From Raillietiella orientalis (taxonomy: Eukaryota), in assembly GCA_036172245.1 (NCBI GenBank), contig JAYWIR010000073.1, positions 186,001 to 250,000 of the forward strand: DNA of 64,000 bases. Direction: 5' to 3'. The position numbers were made by a program, and so were the translations under genes. Positions 50,601 to 63,084 of this stretch are shown here, one piece after another (the first letter of the stretch is position 1; each line of letters starts with the position of its first letter). Under the pieces are notes generated by a model. That model was not told the origin of the DNA and searched no databases. It worked only from the letters and a program-made list of their open reading frames with translations.

Positions 50601-51417
50601 GACGTCATCGCTGCTGCGCTGATGCCGGCCATGGCGACGGAAAGTCCCCTCCGCTCTTTTGGAAACGCAGACGGTGCCATCCGAAGAGGTCGACGGGGGA
50701 TCGCACGGCAGCTGCAATCCGACAAACAGCTCCCAGCAGAAGGCACAGAGATCTTCCGACGCGGACGCGGCGTCAGAGATTCAGGAAGATGAGGAAGTGG
50801 GAGGGGGAAGGGAGGGGGAAGGGCGGAGGAAGGGAGGAGAAGAGGCGGAGGAAGGGAGGAGAAGAGGAGGAGGAAAGGAAGGAGGAGAAAGTGAAGAAGG
50901 GAGGAGGAGGAAGGGGGGAAGACGGGAGAAAGAGAAGGGGAGGAAAAGAGGAGGAGGAAGAGATCTACGCACAAGTCCTCATGGGCACTGGTCCTTCTCT
51001 GCGGAGAGGGCACGCCGAAGAGGACGGGAATCTGAAGGCTAGGGAGACCCCATCGGTGGCGCCGCCGCCTGCTCTGTAGGGAGGGAGCTCACCTGAATGG
51101 CGGCGTCCACGGCGCTCCCTCCGGAGAGCCGCGTTCGGTACGGGGTGCTCCCCCCAGCCAGTCTTGCAGACCCAGTGGGGCCCATCTCGCGCGCGGGCGG
51201 ACGGCAACATTCCCTCGGCCTTCCCTCTTCCCCGTTCCCTCTTCTTCATTCCGGGAGGTCGTAGCGGAACAGCGGTGGGAGACCGCGGGTTCGGCAACGA
51301 CGCGTGCGCGCACGCGGAACCCGTCCGACACCCCGGGGCGCTCACCTGCCACGTCCCCAGTCCCAGGACCGGGATCGTCCGCCCATTGCTGAGCTGCACG
51401 CAGCGCGTCAACGCCAT
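41666..51417 (-). CDS. AKR1: Aldo-keto reductase family 1-like (aldose reductase-type) paralog A, 316 aa, 6 exons
   Basis: Exons 51417-51346, 47840-47556, 44927-44733, 42159-41953, 41902-41754 and 41708-41666. Motifs: [62 protein letters not shown]-terminal [11 protein letters not shown]. Catalytic D/Y/K/H are intact. Intron 3 has a GC donor. Confidence 0.95.
45210..45650. mobile_element. Second AT-rich foldback MITE, in AKR paralog A intron 2
   Basis: Left end CCGGTCA..GATCGAAACCCCGAAAGA..AACGCGTGCGT; right end ACGCACGCG..TCTTTTGGAATTTCGACATTCGGGCTTTTGACCGG. The right end resembles 17699-17732. Confidence 0.55.
48360..48515 (+). repeat. Pure-purine 29-bp minisatellite, 5 copies plus a partial
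   Basis: Unit GAGGAGGAAGAGGAGGAAGGGGAAAGAGG repeated from 48360. Confidence 0.9.
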
Positions 51418-52975
51418 TTTCCTTTGGGCTGCGGGCGGGTCACTGAGCCCGGGCGGCGTTTCAGCCGCTCACTCTAACGGGCCGGAGCTCTCGCGACCGA
51501 CCTACTTTTCTTCGCGCGGAGGAATCGATCCAGGAGGCGCGAGGGGGAGGAAGGGGCGGAAGGGGGAACGCGGCGGCGGCGTCCCTTCTCACAGCGTCCA
51601 CTTCGCCTGCCGGACGTGGCCCACACACTTCTGCGCGATCCCTCTTCCCCTCCCCGGTGGTCCCCCTTACCCCCCGGCGGCCTCCCCTTTTTGGTTCCCG
51701 ATCAGCTCCCCCTCCCCCCTCTCCCGCTTCCACCTGGGAGTGCGCGCACACTTGGAGGATGCCTGCGACAGCATGGCAGGAGGAAAGAGGGGGCAGGTAT
51801 CAAGGGCGACTCCCGTACGCCTCCGTTGGCGCCGCGCGGCTCTCCTCCCTCCTCCACCTGCCCGGAAGGAGGCCGCGGCGGTCACCTTCGCGCGCTGGCA
51901 TGGCGGCTGTAGGCACGCGCCCTCGCGCCCGCCTGAAGGGCGAGGAACCGAAAATAACGCGCCGCCGCCCCCGCTGCTCGGCTCTTCCTCGAGCTCGGCG
52001 ACACCCATCGAGTCACCCCGAAGCTCGTCGCCGGGGAAACGGAAAAACGAAAATGGGAGGAGAAGAAGTGGGAGAAGGAGTTGCCGCGGGGTTCTGGGAG
52101 ATGCTCGACCGCCTCCCCACCCCTTTTTGCACCGTGTGCGAGGAAGGGAACGGGGAAGGAACGGGGTGCAGGGGACGGGGAAAGCAAGGCTCCCCCCAGG
52201 GTATCCGGAGCCACCAGGATGCGAGGTCCTGCGGCCTGGAGGCTTCCCGCCCCCTCCGACGCTCGCGCGGCCTGCGGGCGTCGAGGCTCCTCGACAGTCC
52301 CTGCGATTCGGGGCGTGGTGCGCAGACGTTCCCGGAGAGGCTGCCAGGCCTTCTTCCAGCCCGCACTGCCCCTCTTCCGCCTCCGTTTCCAGGAAACGTC
52401 GGCACCAGCGCGGGGAGCATCGTCTTCCGGCTTGGGCCGGCCGGCCCGGGTGAGATCCCTGCGGCGGCGGCTCCGCTCCCGTCCCGGGACTCTTCACTCA
52501 GAGACCCATCTGCCCGTGCACGCACGCACGCACGCACGGACCCATCTTCGCGCATCGGAGCACGCGAGCAGCACGCCAAGCGAGCAGCCGCTCGCTGGTG
52601 CTTTCGAAACGGCTGCCGCCGCCGCCGCCGGCAGAGCAGCCCGGTCGGGGTCCGACCTGACCTTGCAGCGAGGGCGGCGCTCCCCCAGCTGCGGGGCGAG
52701 CGGACGGACAGCCGTTCCCCAGTTCCCCCGATCCCTTCGCCTCTCCGAGGTGGAAGCTGCCGCCCGCTCGCCCGCCCTTCCTCCGCATCCCAATGCGCAC
52801 GCTCCTGCGCTCTCTCAAGGAGAACCTGCGAGTTACGCTGCAGCTGATTGGACGTTTCCCAGATGGAAGTACCAGAACAGGGAAAACCTCCCCGTGCTGC
52901 TCCGTCAGTGTCTCTGGTTACCAAAGGTTTGACGCATCCGTGAGCGCTCGCAGCTTCGTCGTCGCAGGCAGCAGA
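51418..52975. promoter_or_regulatory. Divergent promoter region between the two AKR genes
   Basis: 1558 bp, CpG-rich. Inr-like TCAGTG precedes each ATG (minus 51446-51441; plus 52905-52910). ATTGG (CCAAT box) at ~52847. Confidence 0.55.
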
Positions 52976-55900
52976 ATGGCCGACACCATCCCACGCTTTA
53001 AGATGAACAACGGAAGGACCGTCCCTGCCCTCGGACTGGGAACTTGGAAGGTGAGGATCCCGGGCTTTTCATCCCGACGCGCGCTCGCGCCCTTCTCGAA
53101 GTGGCTGGGGTCCCTGTCCTCCCGCGCTGCTGCCTGCTGCTTGCGGGCCGTGTGGACGAAGGCTCTGCCCGCGGGTTCGGGCGGCAGCGCGGGGCCCGGC
53201 ATGCGGCGGCGGTCCCGGTTTTGTGGGCAGCCTGCCGAGTTCCGGTGGCTCTCTGCGGGGACAGGAGAAGGGCGGGCAGCGAGGAGAGCGATGGAAAAAA
53301 ACGTGCAGTCCCAAGGGGTTGTGCCCCGGTGGGCAGGGAGGAGGCGTTTTCGCTTAGAAGCTGAAGAAACCCATCCTCCTTCCCTTGCCACGTGGCTCCT
53401 CCAACTCGTTCTCCGCGCAACGCCCTAGGGTATCCTTTTGCTGATCCCGCGACGATTTCCACTCTTGCACGACTTCCGTCTCGGCAGGGACCGAATGAGG
53501 ACGAAGAGCTCTTCTTCCTCATTCGGTCCCTTGCGAGGTCGCTAGCGAATTTTTTTTCTCCCTCCCCCTTCCCCGCGCGAAACGCGGACGCCAGCGCCAC
53601 GAGTGGGAGGGCGGCGGACTCGGAACGAATTGCGCAGGAAGAATAGAAGCGCATATTTCCCTTCCTTTCTCTCTCTCTCCCTCTCTCTCTTCCCCTCCCA
53701 CTTCCTCCTCTCCTCTCCTCGATTCGGCGATTTCGCGAACGGCGCTCTCCCGCTGCAAGCTGCTTGCCCACCTAACCGCGGCAGCCATCTAACAACGAGC
53801 CGCTTGTGGCTGTGCGGCTGTGCAAACTTTCTTCTTCCAGTCAAAGCCGGGAGAGGTCAAGCAGGCCGTGAAGGTAGCCATCGACATCGGCTACCGCCAC
53901 ATCGACTGCGCCTATCTGTATCAAAACGAGAACGAGATAGGAGAGGCCATCCAGGAAAAGATCAAAGAAGGAGTGGTCAAGAGGGATGATCTGTTCATAA
54001 CCAGCAAGCTGTGGAACACCTTGCACGAACCGAAAAACGTCCTTCCCGCCATTAAGGAGAGTCTCAACAGCCTGAAGCTAGATTACCTGGACCTCTACCT
54101 TATCCATTTTCCGATGGGTTTCCAGGTGAGTGCTACCGGGAGGCCGGCACCGTTGCGACCGTTGTCCGGGAAGCTGCGACACCCTTCTCTTCCGCCCTGA
54201 CCGCAGTCTCCGGGAAAACAGGAAGGCTTTGCCTCCCCAAAAGTCCGGCTTCCTTTCCGTCCTCCACTGCTAGCTGCCTTTCACAACCCCGTTCCGTTGG
54301 CTCAGGCAACGCCGGAAGTCGGCCGACTTCGCAGGGAGGTGGCTGCTGCAGATGGGAACACTCTCGAGGGGGAGGAATCGTTTCCTCTCCCTCCCCGGCT
54401 GAGCGAGAGCGCTCATCCTCGTCCCGCGCGTTCCTCCGCCTGCAGCGCTCGCCGCCCCGAGCGACGCAGGAGCACCTAGCGGACGAACCTCGAAGCTGAA
54501 AGGCGAGCGCGCGAGCGCCGAGAGCACGCTTTCCTCCCGCTGCGTCCTATCCGCTCGTGAAAGGACGACCCAGGTCAGAGCGGCCGAGTGCCATGGAACG
54601 TCACCTTCTGCCCCTTCCTCCCCCTCGCAGGCTACGGGGGAGCTCTCCTTCAGATAGTGCAGGAAAGGAGGAAAATAACGAGTACCGGGATTTTTTACTG
54701 ACGGATTCGCCTTCCTCTGGGTCGGAGGTGGTCTTCCCGGACTGGTGCCTTTCCTAATCCCGCGTCGGAAAATGGGTGGACCTGTGCGGGCTTTCTCCGT
54801 GTAGTTCATCTCGTTCAGCCTCCCTGCACCAGAGGTCTGACTGCCACAGGATCTCTTGTGACTGCCCGACGAAAAACAACTGTCCGACCAACAGACGGTC
54901 TCTTGGAATAAGAAAGCGTTCACTGGAAAGGTGCAAAGGAAGATGCAAATGAGAGAAAGCCTCTGCACTACTCCTGCCTGAGCTCAGGGTTTTTTTTTTT
55001 TTTTTTCTCCTCGTCCGCGGCTCCAGAACCCGCAGTACTTTCCACCTTGAACCCGTTAGCTGACATCCTCCCTGGTGGGGACTCCAGGAAGTTCTCTTGG
55101 GGGCTAGATTCGAGAGCCAGCCGCGACCTGCTGCTGCTCCCCTTTCTCCGTTTCGGGGCGTCCCACCGCTCGAGGGAGTGGCAGCAACGCAGCAGCAGGG
55201 GATCGGCCTCGCAAGCACGAGGGAAGTGGATTGGTGTGTGTGTGTCTGGGAGGGAGGAGTGGTGGTGGTGCTGAAAGAGAAGACCATGGAAGCTGCCGTT
55301 GCCTACACGCACTCTCTCCTTGCAGTACTCGAAGGATGACTTCTTCCCGAAGGGATCCGATGACAAGGTCATCTACAGCAACGTTGACTACGTGGACACG
55401 TGGAAAGCCATGGAAGAGGTCTGCCGGGCAGGGCTGGCCAAATCCATCGGCGTTTCGAACTTCAACAGTCAGCAGTTGACCAGGATCCTGGACTCCTGCA
55501 GCATCAAACCTACCATGAACCAGGTTTGAAGGGGACTCGAAGGAGTGGTCTCTGGCACCCTCAAGCTCCATTCCTCGATTCTCTCGCAGGTTGAGAGCCA
55601 TCCGTATCTGAATCAGAAGAAGCTGATCCGCTTCTGCATGGACAGAGAGGTGCTGGTGACTGCCTACAGCCCCCTCGGCTGCCCCGACAATCCGTGGGCC
55701 CTACCGGACGAGCCCGTCCTCCTGAAAGAGCCGAAGCTGCTAGAGATCGCCCAGAGACTCGGCAAGACTCCGGCGCAAGTGCTGATTCGTTTCCAGGTGA
55801 AGCGGGGAACTGGGACGGCGGGGGCGAAGGGCGTGTGGGGCCCGCGATCTTCTCTTTCGGCTTTCCTCCTCTCCTCCCTGTCCACCCGAACCGAACACTG

Positions 55901-56224
55901 GAGATGAGGGAGAGGAGGCGGCGGAAAGTTCCACCGAGCCGCGCACTATAAAGGTTTCGTTGCGGGGTCATAGATCGATAGGAACGTGGTAGTCATCCCG
56001 AAGTCGGTGAACCCCAAGCGGCTGGAAGAGAACTTCCGGGTGTCGGATTTCCGGCTGACCAAGGAGGATCTGGAGACTCTAGAGAGTTTCCAAGAGAAGC
56101 ACCGCTTTCGTTACGTCAACCTCCACTGGTAAGCGATCGTTTCCCTTTCTTTCTCCCTAAGAAGGCGTCCCTTTCCCCCAGGGTGAAGGACCATCCTCAC
56201 TACCCCTACGACCTCGAATTCTGA
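52976..56224 (+). CDS. AKR1: Aldo-keto reductase family 1-like paralog B, 320 aa, 6 exons
   Basis: Exons 52976-53050, 53841-54125, 55326-55523, 55590-55796, 55974-56128 and 56182-56224, all GT-AG. Motifs: [67 protein letters not shown]-terminal [11 protein letters not shown]. Confidence 0.96.
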
Positions 56225-56266
56225 TCGCAGGGTCTCTCGCCGCCTTCTTGAGAGGAGAACCCTAGC

Positions 56267-56272
56267 AATAAA
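56267..56272 (+). terminator. Polyadenylation signal of AKR paralog B
   Basis: AATAAA ~40 nt after the TGA. Confidence 0.65.
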
Positions 56273-58855
56273 GGGCTCCTGTGTAGCAGCAGCCGCAGCA
56301 TCAGCAGTTTTTTCGCAGGGAACCGTGACGCGGGGGTCCAGACGTCCGTCTAACGCCCGTCTCCGGACGGAGATCCGGTCGTCTCCAGGAACCGCCGCTG
56401 ACTAACCTGGCTATCCGCTGCGAGCCGACCGGCTTCTTGCCCTCTGCCTGACCTTCATCCTCGCGCTTCTCAGGAGATCTGAACCATCTGACTCGGAGCC
56501 AGCGTTCTGAGACACGTGACTGCAGCTCGGCTCGTTCACTCCAGAGGGACGGGGTGGCGGCGTGCTTCTCCCTCTTATCCCAGGTAGAGGATGAAGGCCC
56601 GCGTCCTCTGGGCGAGGGTGACAGCACGAGGGCCACACGACTCGCGAGCTGGCTAGCCGCAGCCTTCAGCACGCACCCGTGGCGGTCGGAGCACTCCTTC
56701 CTCCCCATCTCGGCCCAACGGTGGCCTCCTTCGCGGGTGGCTTCGTGTTGGCACGAGGCAGGAGAGCACCTCTTTTGCAGAAGAGGGTCCTCAAGCAGCC
56801 TGCTGCTGCTCTTCCAGGAGTGTGCCGCTTGGAGGAGAAGTCATCAGCATGCGTGGCTTCCGGACGAATTTCCAGAGGTCGGCAGATCGCCTTCCGAGGC
56901 AAAGCTCTTTCCGAAGAGCTGACGTGGAAGCGGCTCCCTTGTATTCGCGAGCACTATTCCTCTGTGACAAGAGGGGAAACAGATCTTTTTTCTGCAGCTT
57001 CCTGGTTGCCTGGAAACAAAACAGCCTTGTCTCATGTGCCAAAATTTGGAGAATCCTTTGTGGTCAGACCACTCTACCTCTCAATCACGATCCTTTTTTT
57101 TTTTTGTTGCGAATGACGACAGTCTTTCCTGGACTCCACAGACGCAGCCCGAGTCCGGGCTCTGTGGTGGATGCAAAGACATGCCGCAGTGCAATCCTTT
57201 CCCATGTCCTCTGTTCGCGAGCCTCCTAAGTAGGCAGAAGGACCGACCGACCGACCTCTCTGCAGAAACTCGTTCTGGGAACTTAAAGAGTCCTTGCTAG
57301 ACGACGATCTAGGGTGAGTTTGACAGAGACTGCTCCGTAGTTTATCATCAGGGTTGGTGTTTCCTGGTTACGAGGGTACCACGTGCTTCACTCAAGGGCC
57401 CAACCGTGATCCTATCGACGGTGCGATCTCTGCAAGAGTTTTTGGACATTTATGAGTATTTTTCCCTATTGCCCCTCCAGTGGATGAGAATAGCGAGGCA
57501 TCAGTGCCTCGCTGTCCGATGTAGTTTTAAGCACTGATCTTGGACCCTGGACATCTAGCGGAGCGTCCTGGAGCTACGGTGGCAACGGTGGCTTGTTCAG
57601 AAAGATGGAGAAAAACACATATGATGAACCCTCAAATGGCAGCTGCTGCTTTGGAAGATCGAGCTCGCTCGGTCTTTCAAAGATTCTCTCCGCAACGCAG
57701 GGAGCGGGCACTGAACACGCCTAGCAACCTCTCTCTTCCGCAGCATGAGAAAACCAATGCACCTTTCTTTGCCTGGTGTTAATTGGGGAGCTCTTATGTA
57801 CGCAAGCAACGTAAGAACGAGAATCTGAACACCGTCGGGCTTCCTCGGCTGAAGCATTTGAGTGTTTCTGTTTGGAAACGCACCCGTGCCTTGAGCCGAA
57901 GGAAAACACTACTCCATCACTTGATCCCGACGATCTTTGCTCCTGAGCAAACTGGCAGCTTTCCGAACCATTTCTGGGCCACTTGGACTCTCAGCTGATG
58001 CTTGACGGTTATAGATAACACTCTATCCGATTGTGCGGCGCTCTCGCAGCCTCCGAAAGGCGAGCAGCCGTAAAAATAGTCCGAGTAAAAGGATAGCAAA
58101 AGTAACTCTCGTCGGACTATTTTTACGTGGGATCACATGTAACAACTCATCACCTTCAGCAATCACTCTTATTCAGGAGACGGGGAAGGGGGGGGAGAAG
58201 GAACCACACTTTTCTCTTGAGGGAATCGATCAGAATGCCACCAACCCTCCCTCCCTCCCTCCCCCTCGCCTCCTCAGGTTGATTTACACCGCGCGCACCC
58301 TGAAGCCCGGCGGAGGAGTGATTAGGCTGAATCTTTGCAGAGGATTCGTGGAATTTTTATTGCGCAGACTTCTTCTGGAGCACATTTTTCGGAATGGCCT
58401 TCCCGGTTTTGCCTGACAGTTTGCCGGGTTTTTCGAAGGAATGCTTGCTGCCCAAAGTTGGGCGAGGAGCCCCTTTGGGCACTTGGGTGCACTCGTAGGC
58501 GCTCACTAACAGCTGCGAGTTCCCATTTCTCATCCAGGTAGCTTCTGTCCCTATTTCCTCTGTTCCTCTTCGAGAAAGAAAAAATGCTGCTCCTCGCAGA
58601 AGCGACGGAGAATCACATCCAAACTGAGCGCCACGATGCAGAGCAAGCGCTGCGAACCGATCCGAGTAGGTAACCTTTAAGAAATCTCCAAACTTCCCCG
58701 GCCCAGCTTCGTTGCTAGCCGAGTTCGCCGCCCTTCTACTTTTGCCCTTAGGGCTTTCGATGCTTCGTGCTAGCGCTACATGAAAGCAGGGCGAATTTCC
58801 CCCATTTCTTCCTTCCCCAACCAGTTTCCCTTTTCCAGGGTTGAAAGCCTACATA

Positions 58856-59756
58856 CGAGGCGCATCTCAAAAGCAAGGGCGGATCGGATGTGAAGAAAGG
58901 ACGAATAAGAGAAACAAAAGTGCTTCGAATTGGTGGTTCGAAACGCATGCATCCTCGTGGCACTCTTCTACGCAGCCGCCTTTTTTTTTCAAGAACACTT
59001 TCGATCCCGTGGAACGGGCTTTTTGAACCCCTCCCTGCATCCAATTCCTGGGAGTTCAGCCACTGCAGCTTCCCACTCCCCACTTTCCCTCTCGAGTTGC
59101 CGAGCCAGTTCTGGAGGTGCAGGAAGGAAGACGTGGTGGCCATTGGGCGGGACTGCGAGGCGGGTGATCAAAAAGTCCTCATTTGAGTTTCCGAATTGTC
59201 TGGAATGTGCGGACAGCATGCGTTGCCAAGGCGCGCGTTGTCGTGAAGGAGAACAACCACATCTGACCTCAGCATTCCTCTTTGTCGGTTCTGAGTGGCA
59301 CGCCGCCGTTTCGAAAGTGTTTCGAAGGAGACTTGCTAAGTGATGGTCGTTCCAGACTCCAAACAGTCCACCAAACGCACGTCCTTTTGGTCGCACTGCC
59401 GCTGTGCGCACGTTCCAGACAATTCAGACATTCGAATGGGAATTTTTTGATCACCCAGTCCTGACCTCGCACCCACTGACTACCACATCTTCCTGCACCT
59501 CCAGAAGTGGCTCAACGATCCGAGGGGGAGAGTGAGGGGTGGAAAACTGCAATGGCTGAACTCCCAGGAATTGGGTGCAGGGAGGGGTTCAAAAAACCCG
59601 TTCCACGGGATCGAAAGTGTTCCTGAAAAAAATGGCGACTGCCTGGAAAAATGGCATGGGAATGTTTGTGTTTTGAGCCAGCAATGCATTACTTTTGTTT
59701 CTCTTATTCGTTCCTTCTTTACATCCGATCCGCCCTTACTTTTGAGATGCGCCTCG
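58856..59756. mobile_element. Palindromic non-autonomous mariner derivative (two 3' halves, tail-out), TA-flanked
   Basis: Ends read TA|CGAGGCGCATCTCAAAAG...CTTTTGAGATGCGCCTCG|TA, with ~400-bp inverted arms. Decayed transposase motifs: GMLRSDVVVLLHDNAR (minus, ~59278-59231), FEWEFFDHP/SPDLAPTDYHIFLHLQKWL (plus, 59431-59515) and EGFKKPVPR..KC..KNGDCLEK. Confidence 0.92.
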
Positions 59757-62576
59757 TACTATACTCATTTTGAAGAATACTCTTTCGCTCATGGCACTGC
59801 TGTCTGGTAACGCTCTTCTATTCTTAAAGTCCAGGGTGCCAAGGAGGCATTCAAGAGAACTCTTCTATTTTGAAGAAAGAAATGTAAAGTTTGGGAGGCA
59901 TAGCCTTCCCATTTGCAGAAGCGAGTCCGTTTCCCACGGATTTGTGACTAATGAAGGGATATCGAAAAGTGCAATCTTCACACCCACTCAGTAGCCAGAA
60001 TCCTTCCAGCACACTTCCATAATGATCACTGTTCCTAAATCTTCACCTATCCCTCTGCAGCATTTGATGTCGACTACAAGGCTACTGACTCCTATTGAAC
60101 TCATTCTCGACTCATTCAGTCTTCTATGTCCTTCTGTGGAGCACGCCGGACCCTAAGACCCATTCATCACCGCCATCCATGACGTAGGCCGCTCCCTTTG
60201 CGGCAGGTTTACCCCGAGGATAAAAATGTATGAAAACCCCCATCAACGTAATAATAAAGGCTTTTCGAAGCTCGCTAATTACAGCAAACTCTTTCGTTTA
60301 TGTTTCAGGCTCATCGGAAGCAAATTCAGTCTTTTCCCTGGCGTCTCGTGTGTGAATTGGCGGTAACGTGGCAACCCAGAAGTCTTAAACCTCATGTGCT
60401 TCCCCCAATGCTGCTTTCCGTGGAGTGGCCGAGCAGTTCATTCATGGCTAATGGTCGTTGGACTGTAGGCTGAACTGAGACCCACTTTCCTTTCGGTTGA
60501 GTATTCTATTCGATTCACCTATCGTACGTAGCGCCTGCGTTGAGATGCCCATTTGGGCAAAATGAGACTTGGAAAAGGGAATCTGAAAAGGTAGAAACCC
60601 TTTGAATTCCGATTTTTCCGATTCGTCTGATTGGATGCATCCACGAAGAGCACAAGCTATCCGTTGCGTGGACTGCATGCAATTCCCACAGGCATCATGA
60701 TCATGGCAGGACTCTTGAGGGGAAAGAAGATGCGGGAAAATATTCAGTCCAGTCGTCCGTTCAACCAACTGATCCTCTTTTCTTCATTAAAAGCAAAAAT
60801 AAATGCTCCTTTCAGGCTTTCCTCATGACCATGAAAATAAAAGTCGTGGTGTTAATCCATATTTTCCCTTACTAATGGAGAGTAGCAAGTATCCATCTCC
60901 AAGGTTCCTCTACAGCTAGAATGCATGTTAGCGTGTTTCCGTGCTTAGAACTCCTATTTCCAAAACTTGGAAAGTTCAAAACCTCCCCGAATCAAATGAC
61001 TTTGGAAACGCAGAAAATACGAGATGCAATCATAGAACCATAATGCAATACAACAAATCACACCCATAAGTGCACTTGCCGCTAGGCCGCTCCTTGTAGG
61101 TGAAAGGGAAATCACCTTCGAGGCCGCGTTACGAATAGATTGGGTTTGCACAGTGGAAGAGTCACGGCGCCTTTGCAGAAGACACCGGAGAGGCGCAGAA
61201 GACGGGAAGCGAAATTTGGCTCCGGGTAGCGAAGGACGAATCCCCACTTTGGTTATGGGCAGCTGCCCTCTTCTCGGATTCGCGGGTATCCCCTTATGCT
61301 GCTGGTCGGCAAAGATCTTTTTGTTCCATAAAGCATTTGTGGTTCCAAGGAGCAGCGATGCTTATTTGAAGAAAGCTGCGCTACACGGCTATCCCGGTGT
61401 GAAATGCAGCGAGGAACTGCCTTGAATGTGTGTCGGAATTCCATTCCGAATGGACAGAATTCCGACAGTGAGGAGAGCACCAGGCAATACGCTGTGAGCG
61501 GTGTAGACATGGTTCCCGTTTCTTCCACACATACGGTCGATTTCCCAAAACCACCCTCTATACTAGACCGTTTGGCGTCTATGCCTGGACACATCCGCAA
61601 ACAATCAGCTCATGACCAGTTTTTGTTTCTAAAGGATCCCAGTACCCTGTCCTCTCTCCACGTTCGTCCACATGAAATAATCCACGTGACCCAACACAAG
61701 CATTTAGCATGGAAAACATTTCGTGCAAAGGCACTGCGCCCGTGTTCTGACGCCGCAGAGAAGCACCTGCATAACTGCACATCTTCTTCGTTCAATCAAT
61801 CCAAAACACTCAGAAGGCCTTCTGTTTGGCGAGCCTTCCAGAGGCACACGCAAAACAATACAATTTCCCTTGATAAACACACCTCTGCAGATGCTTTCCA
61901 GGAAAACACATTTGCAAAGCTGCTTACATAAAGATGCGTGCGCGGGAGGGTTCTGCAAAGTGAATGTGATTTTGCTTGCCTATCCCTTTCAAGATTATTT
62001 GTTTTTTCCGAAGCACTTTCCAATAAATCATAGCAAGTCCCTGGAACCACCATTGGATTTCCTACAGAAAGCCTCTAGATCTCCGAAAGCTGCTTCACAG
62101 TTCCGCAAGAAATGTAATGAAGAAAAAAACAGTTTTTTTTTGCTTATCACGGAGCAGGAAGTCCGAACCAACAAGAACCAAGAAGCTTCAGGAAGAGGTT
62201 GACATGGCCGCGAGCAACTCTGAAAGCAAAATCCCCCAAGAAAACAGCCACCAGGTAGCCTTCCAAGGAGATTCAGAAACCCACCACATAAATGCCGCTA
62301 ATCCTTGCAGAGCTGCCTGAATTATAAGAGGAGGAATGAGAAATAACAGTGTAATATGCTTGAACAGGTCTTATTCATTACTAATCATAAATAGTCAGAA
62401 ATACCCGATTTACAGCAAGACGTAATGACGCCATATGTCTGCGATTATTGAGGATACTGAGAGGAAGATACGTATGTACCTTCAGCAGAATCACATAGCA
62501 CGTACGATACTTCTACAGGAGCACCATTGCTCGTTTTTATACAGCTTACGAAAGAAGAGTTGGATGCGAGTAGGTT

Positions 62577-63084
62577 GCGGGAGCATAAAGTTATTTCTAG
62601 CACCCCGTCGAAGGGAAGAAATCCCTTTTGACGCGGACCTGTAACCGGGTTCCAGTGAATCCAGGCGCCTGGCCATGTATTTGGTAAACTCCTTGCCAAT
62701 CGTGCGGCTGATCACGATTGGGCGGAACTGCACGAGGTCTTCAGGATCCTAAGCCCGGCATTTGGGGATGAGTGTGGTCCTGGAGTCCTTCCATTCGGCA
62801 GGGATGCGCCGGTGCGCCAGGCGGAGGCAAAAGACGGCGCATAAGATGCGTGCCTCGGGATCCACCTTGCGAAAGGCAGAGAGTACGGGAGACCACCCGA
62901 TCCGGACACTGTGCCCTCACAGAGTCTGAGGCAGATCGCAATCTCCTGCGGCGTTCAAGGAGACGTGTTCACGCCGTCGTGCTCGGCAGCTATCCCGAAG
63001 TCGCAAGGGAACGGCCTGAAGGTAGGAGGTGCACCGAAGAGCTTGGAGAAGTGCGTATGGGTCCTCGCGGGGTCGGCCCTGCAT
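62577..63084 (-). mobile_element. Internal fragment of an R2-superfamily (NeSL/Utopia-like) non-LTR reverse transcriptase, decayed
   Basis: Minus-strand peptides: TSP*TPQEIAICLRLCEGTVSGSGGLPY / FRKVDPEARILCAVFCLRLAHRRIPAEWKDSRTTLIPKCRA*DPEDLVQFRPIVISRTIGKEFTKYMARRL / PRQKGFLPFDGV. These match RT domains 0-2 (PGPDG, IPK, RPI, QKGF). Confidence 0.85.

Noticed and set aside
51164..52932. Several overlapping 280-430-aa ORFs between the AKR genes
   Set aside because: Low-complexity R/P/G/A products typical of a CpG-rich promoter region.
62806..62840. Walker A-like GAPGGGK in ORF 62772..63182 (viral SF1 helicase?)
   Set aside because: It is the antisense reading of the R2-like RT fragment, and no Walker B or other helicase motifs follow.
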